Positions 49,551 through 58,220 of a stretch of DNA of 64,000 nucleotides are shown here, one piece after another. The notes under the pieces were generated by a model. It made no database searches. It worked only from the letters and a program-made list of their open reading frames with translations, and was not told where the DNA came from. Every line of letters starts with the position of its first letter. Within the stretch, counting starts at the first letter, position 1. The stretch is from assembly GCA_045110285.1 (NCBI GenBank), contig JBGCGA010000013.1, positions 28,733 to 92,732 on the forward strand. Direction: 5' to 3'. A program made the translations under genes and the position numbers. This stretch comes from Crocinitomicaceae bacterium (lineage in GTDB: Bacteria; Bacteroidota; Bacteroidia; Flavobacteriales_D; Crocinitomicaceae).

Positions 49551-49625
49551 AAAGAAAGGGAGCAATAGCTCCCTTTCAACAACAAACCAAAAAACCTCCT
49601 GTCGATTCACGATTTTACATAGTTA
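49551..49625 (-). ncRNA. Candidate GU-rich small RNA (independent or 3'UTR-derived); 5' end uncertain
   Basis: AGGAGGTTTTTTGGTTTGTTGTTG directly 5' of the terminator, in a 313-nt intergenic gap. Confidence 0.35.
49554..49577 (-). terminator. Intrinsic terminator hairpin (strong on minus, possibly bidirectional)
   Basis: GAAAGGGAGC-4 nt-GCTCCCTTTC perfect stem; UUUCUUU tract on the minus strand. Confidence 0.8.
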
Positions 49626-49689
49626 AACTAAATTGTTTCTGTAAATTAGTTATTTTTCAATCAGGTAACCAGCCCAAAATACTCAATAA

Positions 49690-50718
49690 CTACCGGAGGG
49701 TAACTTTAGAACCTGCGCTAACGGTGGCATCAGGATTTTCTGATAGGTTCAATTTCAATAAGCTATTTAATTTTATGCCTTGCTCATGCGCAATATCCCT
49801 GTAAGTCATATTTTGTGAAGCAATATAGTTACTATTACTCCTATGCCCTCTAGATTTTTTTGGGCTAATGTAAATTCTATCATCTACCTCTAAGACGTCT
49901 TTATTTTTAAATTCATTGTATTTGTATAGCTGTGCAATAGTAAGTCCAAATTCTTTCGACAACCTATAAAACGTGTCACCTCCTTTAACTATGACATACT
50001 TTACATTATTTTCGCTAATAGACACAACATGAGCATTTTCATTTATTTGAATTTCATCAATCCCTCCGCTGTAATTCGAAATTACTTTTGAAGGTGAAGT
50101 TGCTGATTTTGGCCTAGCTACTGGCGCAGATTTTAATTCCACTTGCTTCTTTGGTTCAACAGATGAAATAATTGTGTTTGATTTTTGCTTTTTTGGAGAA
50201 GAAATGCTTTTAATGGTTAACTTATCATATTGATTCAAATGGTACCGTTCGATTAAGTTAATAAGGAGGTAAGCATACTTTGGATTAGTAGCATACCCTG
50301 CAGATTTAAGACCTTTTGCCCAGCCTTTGTAATCGTCTTTACGAAGCTCAAACAAACCAGCATATCTTCCTCTTCCAGTTAAAAACTGGGAATGATCGTT
50401 GTAAGATTCTTCAGCTGATAAATACGACCTAAAACACTCGTCCTTTGTATCATCATCTTGAATAAACGTATCTCCTGTCCATTTTTTGTGGCACTTTATC
50501 CCAAAATGGTTGTTTGCCTCTTTTGCCAATTTACTATTGCCATTACCTGACTCTAAAATTCCTTGAGCTAAGGTTATACTTGCTGGAATTTTATGCTGTT
50601 GCATCTGCTTAACTGCAGTACTCTTCCACATCTCAATATATTCAACGGTGGTTATCTTAGTTTCTGCAAAACTCAAAGTTGTAAGGGCTATAAATCCGGT
50701 TAAGAAAAATAATTTCAT
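49690..50718 (-). CDS. GH73 glucosaminidase + LysM peptidoglycan hydrolase
   Basis: IPASITLAQGILES, NNHFGIKC, GYATNPKY, LysM VKGGDTFYRLS. Confidence 0.93.
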   Translation of the reverse strand: MKLFFLTGFIALTTLSFAETKITTVEYIEMWKSTAVKQMQQHKIPASITLAQGILESGNGNSKLAKEANNHFGIKCHKKWTGDTFIQDDDTKDECFRSYLSAEESYNDHSQFLTGRGRYAGLFELRKDDYKGWAKGLKSAGYATNPKYAYLLINLIERYHLNQYDKLTIKSISSPKKQKSNTIISSVEPKKQVELKSAPVARPKSATSPSKVISNYSGGIDEIQINENAHVVSISENNVKYVIVKGGDTFYRLSKEFGLTIAQLYKYNEFKNKDVLEVDDRIYISPKKSRGHRSNSNYIASQNMTYRDIAHEQGIKLNSLLKLNLSENPDATVSAGSKVTLR

Positions 50719-50788
50719 AGTACTAAATTGATTGCTGTCTATGTATTACGCAACAATTTAAATGAAGTTACAATAAAACTTAAATCGC

Positions 50789-51514
50789 TTAAAAACTATA
50801 AGTCAAACCCACGCTTCCTCCCAAAAGGGTCTGATTATGCGTTAAAAACAATCCGGTATACGTGTTTGTGAAATAATGTCGATATTCCAATTGCGCAAAA
50901 AAACCTACATCTTCAAAACTGTAAGAAAAACCTGCACCAACGGATCCTATAAACTGAAATGAGTTAATATTCTCTTCGCTCGAAACAATATCATTTTCTG
51001 TTTCAACCCCTCCAGCATTAGTAAATGAACTTTCAAACCTTCTAGTTAAAATACTAGATGGAATGGCACCAACAAAACCGTACCCTTTAAAAGCGTTTCC
51101 AAAATGAAAATTTAATCGGATTGGCACCGCAATTTGTCTAAACTTATTGACATAAGAATAAGTAGAGTCTGAAAGGGAGTCTGAATAAGTCCATGATTCT
51201 CCTCCACCGAAATAGTTTGCACCAACACCTAAATAGAAATGATTACTCAAAGTCATGTGAACACCAGTCTCAAATCCACCTGTAATAGTTGGCTGCTGAG
51301 TAAGAGCACTGTCGTATCTCATATTATTTGAGAGGTCAGAGAAAGTTCTGTGCGCATTAAAAACCTGGCCTGAAAAATACAAAGTTGATTTTGTTTCCTC
51401 TAATTCACTGTCATTTGTCAGAACTGTTGTGTTTATACTTGTGCTGTCATGTTGACCATAAAGAGAAAATGACATTAAAAACAATCCTGCAATTCCTAAA
51501 CATTTGTTCAACAT
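50789..51514 (-). CDS. Outer-membrane beta-barrel protein (PorT/OMP-like)
   Basis: Likely start MLNKCLG at 51514; signal LYG-Q, IAVPI, amphipathic strands, C-terminal GLTYSF. Confidence 0.82.
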   Translation of the reverse strand: MLNKCLGIAGLFLMSFSLYGQHDSTSINTTVLTNDSELEETKSTLYFSGQVFNAHRTFSDLSNNMRYDSALTQQPTITGGFETGVHMTLSNHFYLGVGANYFGGGESWTYSDSLSDSTYSYVNKFRQIAVPIRLNFHFGNAFKGYGFVGAIPSSILTRRFESSFTNAGGVETENDIVSSEENINSFQFIGSVGAGFSYSFEDVGFFAQLEYRHYFTNTYTGLFLTHNQTLLGGSVGLTYSF

Positions 51515-51548
51515 AATACTATCTTTATTTCTAGTTGTAAACAAATGT

Positions 51549-52145
51549 ATGAAAATCACCTTTAATTCACCGGTCATATTAGGCTTTTCATTTTTAAGTG
51601 TATTAGTTTTTGTGCTAACACAGTACCTGGGGCTTGCAATAAACCTATTTACACTGCCTGGCCACTTTGAATTCAACAATTGGAGCAATTACCCTAGGTT
51701 ATTTAGCTATGTTCTTGGCCATTCAAATGCCGACCATATTATTGGTAATTTATCTTTTATATTGTTGCTCGGCCCAATAATTGAAGAAAAATATGGTTCG
51801 AAAAACACATTAATAATGGTTCTTACCACTGCCATTATTACTGCAATATTTCATCTCCTTTTTTTTTCAAATGGCTTACTGGGTGTCAGCGGTATTGTAT
51901 TTAGTTTTATTGTTTTAGTTAGCCTTGTAAATTTTAGAAATAACGAAATTCCAATAACCTTCATTTTAGTAGCCATTATTTTTATTGGCAAAGAATTAAT
52001 ACACATGTTTAATGATGACAGTATATCTCAATTTGCACATATTCTAGGAGGCTGTATTGGCGCTGTATTCGGCTTTAAATTAAAATCAAAAGTTAAAGGT
52101 TCTAAAAATAGCAAGACAACAGACATTTTAAAGGGTTTAAAATAA
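51549..52145 (+). CDS. Rhomboid-family intramembrane serine protease
   Basis: H....HIIGN, GVSG (Ser) and AHILGG (His); start MKITFNSP at 51549. Confidence 0.88.
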   Translation: MKITFNSPVILGFSFLSVLVFVLTQYLGLAINLFTLPGHFEFNNWSNYPRLFSYVLGHSNADHIIGNLSFILLLGPIIEEKYGSKNTLIMVLTTAIITAIFHLLFFSNGLLGVSGIVFSFIVLVSLVNFRNNEIPITFILVAIIFIGKELIHMFNDDSISQFAHILGGCIGAVFGFKLKSKVKGSKNSKTTDILKGLK

Positions 52146-52192
52146 AGGCTCAATCGTTCATTTTTATTATTTTTGAGTTAATTGAAAAAACT

Positions 52193-53158
52193 ATGCAAAA
52201 CTTAACCGATAAAGAAGGAATTGATCTTTTAGTAAAAAAATACAATGCCATTGGCAACGAGATTCACAAAGTAATCGTTGGTCAAAATGATGTTGTAAAG
52301 CAAGTTCTTATGTCCATTTTTAGTAACGGTCATAGCTTACTTGTAGGTGTGCCTGGTCTAGCAAAAACTTTATTGATTCAGACGATTTCGGACTCATTAG
52401 GCTTAGGTTTTAAGCGAATACAATTCACACCTGATTTAATGCCATCAGACATTGTAGGTGCAGAAATTTTGGATGAAAACAGACAATTTAAATTCTTAAA
52501 GGGCCCTATATTTTCAAATATTATTTTGGCGGATGAAATAAACAGAACGCCACCAAAAACTCAAGCCGCGTTATTGGAAGCCATGCAGGAGAAAACAGTT
52601 ACTGCAGCAGGACATAAATACGAATTAGATAAGCCGTTTTTTGTTTTAGCTACTCAAAACCCAATTGAGCAAGAAGGAACATACCCATTACCAGAAGCAC
52701 AGTTGGACAGGTTTATGTTTAATATTTGGGTGGACTACCCTACTTTAGAGGAGGAAATTAGCATTGTAAAAAATACGACTACGAATTCAAAAGTGGATTT
52801 GAAACCAATATTAGATGGAGAGGAAATATTATTTTTTCAAAACTTAATAAGAAAACTACCAGTGCCTGACAACGTTTATGATTATGCAGTAAAACTTGTT
52901 GCTAAAACCAGAAAAAGTTCTCCGCTTTGTCACCCACTTACTGAAAAGTATTTAGAGTGGGGAGCTGGACCTAGAGCTTCTCAATATTTGGTTATTGGAG
53001 CTAAGTGCCATGCAGCAATAAATGGAAAATACTCGCCAGATATTGAGGATGTTCAGGCAGTTGCGCAACCAATACTGCGACACAGATTAGTGAGAAATTA
53101 TAAGGCTGAAGCGGAGGGCTACACTATGGAGTCAATCATTAATGAACTCATGAAATAG
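52193..53158 (+). CDS. Second MoxR-family AAA+ ATPase
   Basis: GVPGLAKT, RIQFTPDLMPSD, LADEINR, ATQNPIEQEGTYPLPEAQLDRF. Confidence 0.92.
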   Translation: MQNLTDKEGIDLLVKKYNAIGNEIHKVIVGQNDVVKQVLMSIFSNGHSLLVGVPGLAKTLLIQTISDSLGLGFKRIQFTPDLMPSDIVGAEILDENRQFKFLKGPIFSNIILADEINRTPPKTQAALLEAMQEKTVTAAGHKYELDKPFFVLATQNPIEQEGTYPLPEAQLDRFMFNIWVDYPTLEEEISIVKNTTTNSKVDLKPILDGEEILFFQNLIRKLPVPDNVYDYAVKLVAKTRKSSPLCHPLTEKYLEWGAGPRASQYLVIGAKCHAAINGKYSPDIEDVQAVAQPILRHRLVRNYKAEAEGYTMESIINELMK

Positions 53159-53255
53159 ATCAGAGTATTCAGTTTCTTTTATTTACTCTGTAGAAAAGAC
53201 AAGAACAAACAATTTTTATTGCTTAAAGACTTTTCCTAACCTGAAAATTTTTCAC

Positions 53256-53288
53256 AAAAAAAGCACCTTTCCGAAGAAAGATGCTTTT
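53256..53288 (-). terminator. Intrinsic terminator of rplS (possibly bidirectional)
   Basis: AAGCA.CTTTC-cgaa-GAAAG.TGCTT stem flanked by A/T runs. Confidence 0.75.
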
Positions 53289-53304
53289 ACTTATTTTTAT
53301 ATTC

Positions 53305-53667
53305 TTATTTCGAAGAAACTGGTCTTCTTTTCTCTTGAATTCTAGCAGCTTTACCTTTTCTACCTCTGAAGTAAAATATTCTTGCTCTACGAACTTTACC
53401 AACTTTGTTTACAACAATTTGATCAATGAAAGGAGAATGAACAGGAATGATTCTTTCAACACCTACATTTCCAGACATTTTTCTGATTGTAAAAGTCTCT
53501 GTTGCTCCACTTCCTTTTCTTTGAATTACAACACCCTGAAACTGCTGAATTCTTTCTTTGTCTCCTTCTTTAATTTTATAGTGAACAGTAATTGTTGAAC
53601 CTGCTCCAAAGGCTGGAATATTCGGTGTCTCAACTAATTCTGACTGTATTTGCTTAATAATATCCAT
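53305..53667 (-). CDS. rplS: 50S ribosomal protein L19
   Basis: EGDKERIQ.FQGVVI, TFTIRKMS..VGVER, GKVRRAR..Y.R...GKAARI; start MDIIK at 53667. Confidence 0.97.
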   Translation of the reverse strand: MDIIKQIQSELVETPNIPAFGAGSTITVHYKIKEGDKERIQQFQGVVIQRKGSGATETFTIRKMSGNVGVERIIPVHSPFIDQIVVNKVGKVRRARIFYFRGRKGKAARIQEKRRPVSSK

Positions 53668-53769
53668 TTCTAAAACTTTTATATCCCTCAATTGGGGGTG
53701 CAATATTACGAATAAAAAATGATTAAACTAAACATTAAATCAATATTTTTAACTTTTTTCTTGGTTAAA

Positions 53770-56700
53770 TCACAGTTCAAATCCGACGACACAAATATCA
53801 TCTATTTGCTCATAATTTTGAGAATGATCGGTCATCCATTTTTGCAATTCTAAATTTAATAGCTCCCTCTGTCTATCATAGCCCTCTGACGAGATTCCAA
53901 GTATAAAGTTTTTCATCTTTTTAACCATATATTTTTTTCCTCTTGGCCCACCGAATTGGTCAGCGTAACCATCACTGGTCATATAAAAGCTCATTCCCTT
54001 TTCAATTGAAAATTTATGCTCTTTGTAAATCTGATCGCTGGGTGTAAATCCTGCCACAGCAGTTTTTGTTCCTTTAACTTCTTGTAGGGTACGATTGGAA
54101 ACAATCCACAAGCCCCTGTGTGCGCCTGAATATATTAATTCATTTTTATCCAAATCTATCGTGCAAATTCCGGCATCCATACCATCCCTTGTTGAGCTCT
54201 CCTCTTCTTTTTGTTTTAGGGTATTCTTAATGGCCCTGTTCAGCTCTGCCAATATTTTACCTGGTGAATAGATCTTTCTTTCATTCACAATAATATTTAG
54301 TCGATCAGAACCAATCATTGACATAAATGCACCGGGAACTCCATGTCCCGTGCAGTCAGCACAAACAATCACCAGTTTATTATCAATTTTAGAAAACCAA
54401 TAAAAATCTCCTGATACAATATCTTTTGGATGATATAATATGAATGACTTAGGAAGCGACTTCTTCATCTCAGACGCCAATGGTAAAATGGCATCTTGAA
54501 TACGCTTAGCGTAATTAATGCTATCTTCAATTTCCCGCTTTTGCTCAGAAATTTCGGTATTTTGATGTTCTAGAACACTATTTTTTTGAGATATTTCTTG
54601 AGTTCTTTCCTCGACTATCTCTTCTAATTGTTCGTTTCTTCTTTTTAACTGTGCTGAAGTTATTCTACTCGCTACAAACAATAACAAAATAAATATGACA
54701 ACATAGCCTATATAAGCACCAGCAGTTCTGTACCACGGTGGATGAATTTTAAATGAAAATTCTGCAACAGTGCTTATTTGATCGTAAATGTTTTTTGCTT
54801 TTACTTTAAAAACATAAGAGCCCTCTGATAAATTAGTAAAAGTTCGATCAGTTTTTCCAGAAAAACCAGACCAATCTTCTCCATAACCTTCAAGAAAAGT
54901 AGAATACAATGGTTTGTGCTCATCTTCAAAATATGGGCAAGCAAAGCTAAATACGAAATCATTATCAGCAAAAGAAAACTTTTGTATTTCCTTTTGTGCA
55001 CCATCTGCATAAGCACCATTAAAAATAGTATCTTTCCCTGCAGTAATTGTTCTTATTAAGCTCGTAAAGTTTGATTTATAATTTTTCCTTGTATTTTTCT
55101 TGTATCGAATCAATCCATCTGCGCAACCTATCCATAATGTTCCGTCATCTTCTAACAACAAATTATTGATTCTTCCGTAATTGATTCCCCAAAACGGTTT
55201 ATTAATAAATTTCTTTTCCTCTTTTGAGTAAAAACCCAATTTATGTTCAGCCACATACCAAGTTTTATCTTCCTGTTCTTCAATTAACAAAATCTCTTCG
55301 TTAAATAGGGAATCATACAATGGATAGGGTTCAAAATATCCACGAACGAACATGGGGTCATTCAGTTCTTCTTCAGTTAAATCATCCTTTAGCAGCTCTC
55401 TCATATAATTTTCATCAAAAAACTGCAAAGGCCCATATTTACATCCAAAAATAATGGAATCTTTCAACATGATAGGCCGTGTGACGGAACCACTGCATAG
55501 GGCGTCTCCATTTTCTGTGTATTGGTCTAATTGAATTTCATTATCATCAAAAATTAAACGAAGTGCTCCGGAACCACTCGTTCCAATCCAAATGTCTCCT
55601 CTGTTAGGATCTTTCAAAATTCCCGTTCCTGTATTTAAACCTAGCTCTTCTTTCCAAATCAAATCGAACTGACTATTCCAAACATAAACTCCTTCGTTAC
55701 CACTGGTAATAAAATAATTGCGTTCTTGATCAAAATAAATTACGTTTGTATTTAACTCAGTTAACTGAACATAATTTCCTTCAGAAATTCTTTTATAAAC
55801 TCCGTTCGAAGTCGCAACATATAGACTATTATTAAAGGTCTCAAAATCCCATACTTGAAATCGAATACTAAAATCTTGTTTAAATTCGGTTAAGGTTAGC
55901 GCACTTGTGTCTTGTAAAAAAAGGCCATATGAAGAAGCCACATACAGTAAATTGTTAAAGCGACAAACACTCTGGATATTTCCATCAATACCAGCTTTTT
56001 CATTAAAAAACGATAAAGGAGAGTAATAATTAACTTTAGAAATTCCGTTCCCTAATCCTAGCCAAAGGTTTTGATCTCGATCTTCAAACATGGCTTTTAC
56101 ATCATCTGACCTCAAACCGATTGCTCGGTTAAGCACATTCAATATTTCGCCGTTTTTGTTCACAATAAAAACTCCACTTTCAAAAGTTTTTAAACCATAG
56201 TGCCCGTCTGATAGCTCTTTAACTCCAAAAGTCCTTATGCCTTCCAGTCGATCCTTACTCCCTTCGATTGAACGCAGTTTATTATTAGTTAATTCAAACA
56301 TACCGTCTAATTGGGTAAACAATAACAATCCCTCTTCAGTAAAAGGAGACTTGACGATACCAAAGCAAGGCTCTGTTTTAAAGTACTTTGTACCTTGTAA
56401 TAATTGTAGGCTTCCATCTTTGTATTGCTTTAATCCAACATTTCTTTCTCTTACATAAAAAACATTATCAACCACATAACTTGTATGAAAACTGTTACTG
56501 GTTTTAAAATTCTCTACTTCCTTGTTAGAAATGTCATAGACAAATACATTGTTTTTACTTTGAAAAAATACATGTTTGTTTGTAGCATAGGTATATCGAA
56601 TCTCTGTAATTTGTACTTGATCTACTTCACTCAATTTGTCACTAATTGATTGATACTGCATTTGACCTTCATTGCCCACAGTAAATAGTCCAAATTCATC

Positions 56701-56988
56701 TTGAGAACCAGCATATATTGTCCCTAAACTATCAATAGCTAAACTGTATACATAGGCACCAAATTTAACTTCAATAAATCGCCAATTTTTTCCGTCGTAC
56801 TCCAAAACACCATTGGAATTTCCGAAGTACATCACTCCCCTCTCGTCTTGAATTACAGCATAATTCTCTGGATTTCTGCTTTCGCCATAAATATTAGTTG
56901 AATAATTTTCGATTGGAGGATAATAATCTTGCCCGATCACAAAATGAATGCAGAAGAGTAGAGTAAATGTTAATAAAAGAAGTTTCAT
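53770..56988 (-). CDS. Membrane sensor: periplasmic beta-propeller + Y_Y_Y domain + TM + SpoIIE/PP2C phosphatase
   Basis: Reg_prop-like repeats, TNLSEGSYVFKVKA, PPWYRT, SINYAKRIQ, PKDIVSGDFYW, DCTGHGVPGA, SDGYADQFGG, DDI. Confidence 0.92.
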   Translation of the reverse strand: MKLLLLTFTLLFCIHFVIGQDYYPPIENYSTNIYGESRNPENYAVIQDERGVMYFGNSNGVLEYDGKNWRFIEVKFGAYVYSLAIDSLGTIYAGSQDEFGLFTVGNEGQMQYQSISDKLSEVDQVQITEIRYTYATNKHVFFQSKNNVFVYDISNKEVENFKTSNSFHTSYVVDNVFYVRERNVGLKQYKDGSLQLLQGTKYFKTEPCFGIVKSPFTEEGLLLFTQLDGMFELTNNKLRSIEGSKDRLEGIRTFGVKELSDGHYGLKTFESGVFIVNKNGEILNVLNRAIGLRSDDVKAMFEDRDQNLWLGLGNGISKVNYYSPLSFFNEKAGIDGNIQSVCRFNNLLYVASSYGLFLQDTSALTLTEFKQDFSIRFQVWDFETFNNSLYVATSNGVYKRISEGNYVQLTELNTNVIYFDQERNYFITSGNEGVYVWNSQFDLIWKEELGLNTGTGILKDPNRGDIWIGTSGSGALRLIFDDNEIQLDQYTENGDALCSGSVTRPIMLKDSIIFGCKYGPLQFFDENYMRELLKDDLTEEELNDPMFVRGYFEPYPLYDSLFNEEILLIEEQEDKTWYVAEHKLGFYSKEEKKFINKPFWGINYGRINNLLLEDDGTLWIGCADGLIRYKKNTRKNYKSNFTSLIRTITAGKDTIFNGAYADGAQKEIQKFSFADNDFVFSFACPYFEDEHKPLYSTFLEGYGEDWSGFSGKTDRTFTNLSEGSYVFKVKAKNIYDQISTVAEFSFKIHPPWYRTAGAYIGYVVIFILLLFVASRITSAQLKRRNEQLEEIVEERTQEISQKNSVLEHQNTEISEQKREIEDSINYAKRIQDAILPLASEMKKSLPKSFILYHPKDIVSGDFYWFSKIDNKLVIVCADCTGHGVPGAFMSMIGSDRLNIIVNERKIYSPGKILAELNRAIKNTLKQKEEESSTRDGMDAGICTIDLDKNELIYSGAHRGLWIVSNRTLQEVKGTKTAVAGFTPSDQIYKEHKFSIEKGMSFYMTSDGYADQFGGPRGKKYMVKKMKNFILGISSEGYDRQRELLNLELQKWMTDHSQNYEQIDDICVVGFEL

Positions 56989-57039
56989 TTTATGATTGAA
57001 ATTTTGGGTACATCTATATCTTTATCAAAAATAGTAAAA

Positions 57040-57444
57040 ATGACCAAAGAAAAACCCTTTGCTGACATTATTAAACATGTTGAAAATTTCCATGATGCTT
57101 TTAAAATCAAAAATAACTATGCACCTACTGCTGAATTAAGTGAAAGCGATTACATGCTTCGCTATAATTTGATGAAAGAGGAAAATGATGAGTATCTAGA
57201 AGCCGCAAAACAAGGAGATTTGATTGAGGTTGCAGATGCACTTGGTGACCAGCTATACATCTTATGCGGAACAATACTTAAGCATGGTTTACAAGATAAA
57301 ATAGTTGAAGTATTCGAAGAAATTCAAAGTTCGAATATGAGTAAACTTGACTTAGATGGGAAAGCGATATATAGAGCAGATGGAAAAATTCTGAAATCTG
57401 ATCAATACTTTAGACCAAACATTGAAAAAGTGTTGAAAGGTTAA
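57040..57444 (+). CDS. MazG-like/PRA-PH nucleoside triphosphate pyrophosphohydrolase
   Basis: EENDEY, EVADALGD, SNMSKL, DGKILK; start MTKEK at 57040. Confidence 0.88.
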   Translation: MTKEKPFADIIKHVENFHDAFKIKNNYAPTAELSESDYMLRYNLMKEENDEYLEAAKQGDLIEVADALGDQLYILCGTILKHGLQDKIVEVFEEIQSSNMSKLDLDGKAIYRADGKILKSDQYFRPNIEKVLKG

Positions 57445-58217
57445 AACAATTGACTATTCAAAGTTTTTTTTACATAAGGCATAAATTTCTGTAGCCTGCT
57501 GCCGTACCAAGAAAACATTTCTCCATCTACTAAAAGTACTTTAGCCTTGGTTAATCTTTCAAGCTCAAATACATGGGCTTGTTTAAAGGGATAAGGTTCT
57601 GAACTTAGAAAAATAAAATCTGGATTCAATTCAGCAATCATTTTTTCTGAAATTTCATCATATCTTTTATTGGTTTGATGCGCATTTTTTAATCCAATTA
57701 ATTGAAGCATGGTATTAATAAAAGTGTTTGTTCCAGCTGTCATGTATGGAGACCTCCAAATTAAATACAGCACAGTACCACTGAATATTGGTAAACACGT
57801 GAAGTCTTTCTTTAATGATTTGCACAACTGCACTGCTATAGACTCCTTACCAGCTAATCGGCCAACATCTTTCATCATCTGAAAACTGTCATTAATACTC
57901 ACTATATCACTGGTATAAACTTGAAAATGTTGTCGCAATATTTCAATCTCTTCCTTTCTATTTTCTTCCTTATTTGCAATTATTAGATCAGGCTGTAATT
58001 GAATCACCTTGTCAATATTGATGTTTTTTGTTCCTCCTATCCTTTCTTTCTTCGAAAACCAGTCGGTAGGGTGAACACAAAATTTGGTAATGCCAACTAC
58101 CTCGTTACTAAGCCCCAAAAAGCTTAAATACTCAGTTTGAGACGGTACTAATGAAATGATCCGTGCGGCAGGCTGCTGTAAATCAACTGGATGATTTGTT
58201 TGATCAACCAATTTCAT
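57441..58217 (-). CDS. Helical-backbone metal/cobalamin-binding (BtuF-like) protein without a signal peptide
   Basis: RIISLVPSQTE, GGTKN, PDLIIANKEEN, LSSEPYPF, DGEMFSWYGSR. Confidence 0.88.
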   Translation of the reverse strand: MKLVDQTNHPVDLQQPAARIISLVPSQTEYLSFLGLSNEVVGITKFCVHPTDWFSKKERIGGTKNINIDKVIQLQPDLIIANKEENRKEEIEILRQHFQVYTSDIVSINDSFQMMKDVGRLAGKESIAVQLCKSLKKDFTCLPIFSGTVLYLIWRSPYMTAGTNTFINTMLQLIGLKNAHQTNKRYDEISEKMIAELNPDFIFLSSEPYPFKQAHVFELERLTKAKVLLVDGEMFSWYGSRLQKFMPYVKKTLNSQLF

Positions 58218-58220
58218 TAT

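Noticed and set aside
49485-49625. GTG-initiated 33-aa (+) and 41-aa (-) ORFs across the hairpin
   Set aside because: Both read through a terminator stem and lack A-rich leaders; probably chance
51504-51688. Apparent 185-nt head-to-head overlap of the OMP and rhomboid ORFs
   Set aside because: Disappears with the better starts at 51514 and 51549
53161-53245. Short inverted repeats (CAGAGTA/TACTCTG, GAAAAG/CTTTTC) after moxR2
   Set aside because: 6-7 bp stems in AT-rich DNA are within chance and show no coherent fold
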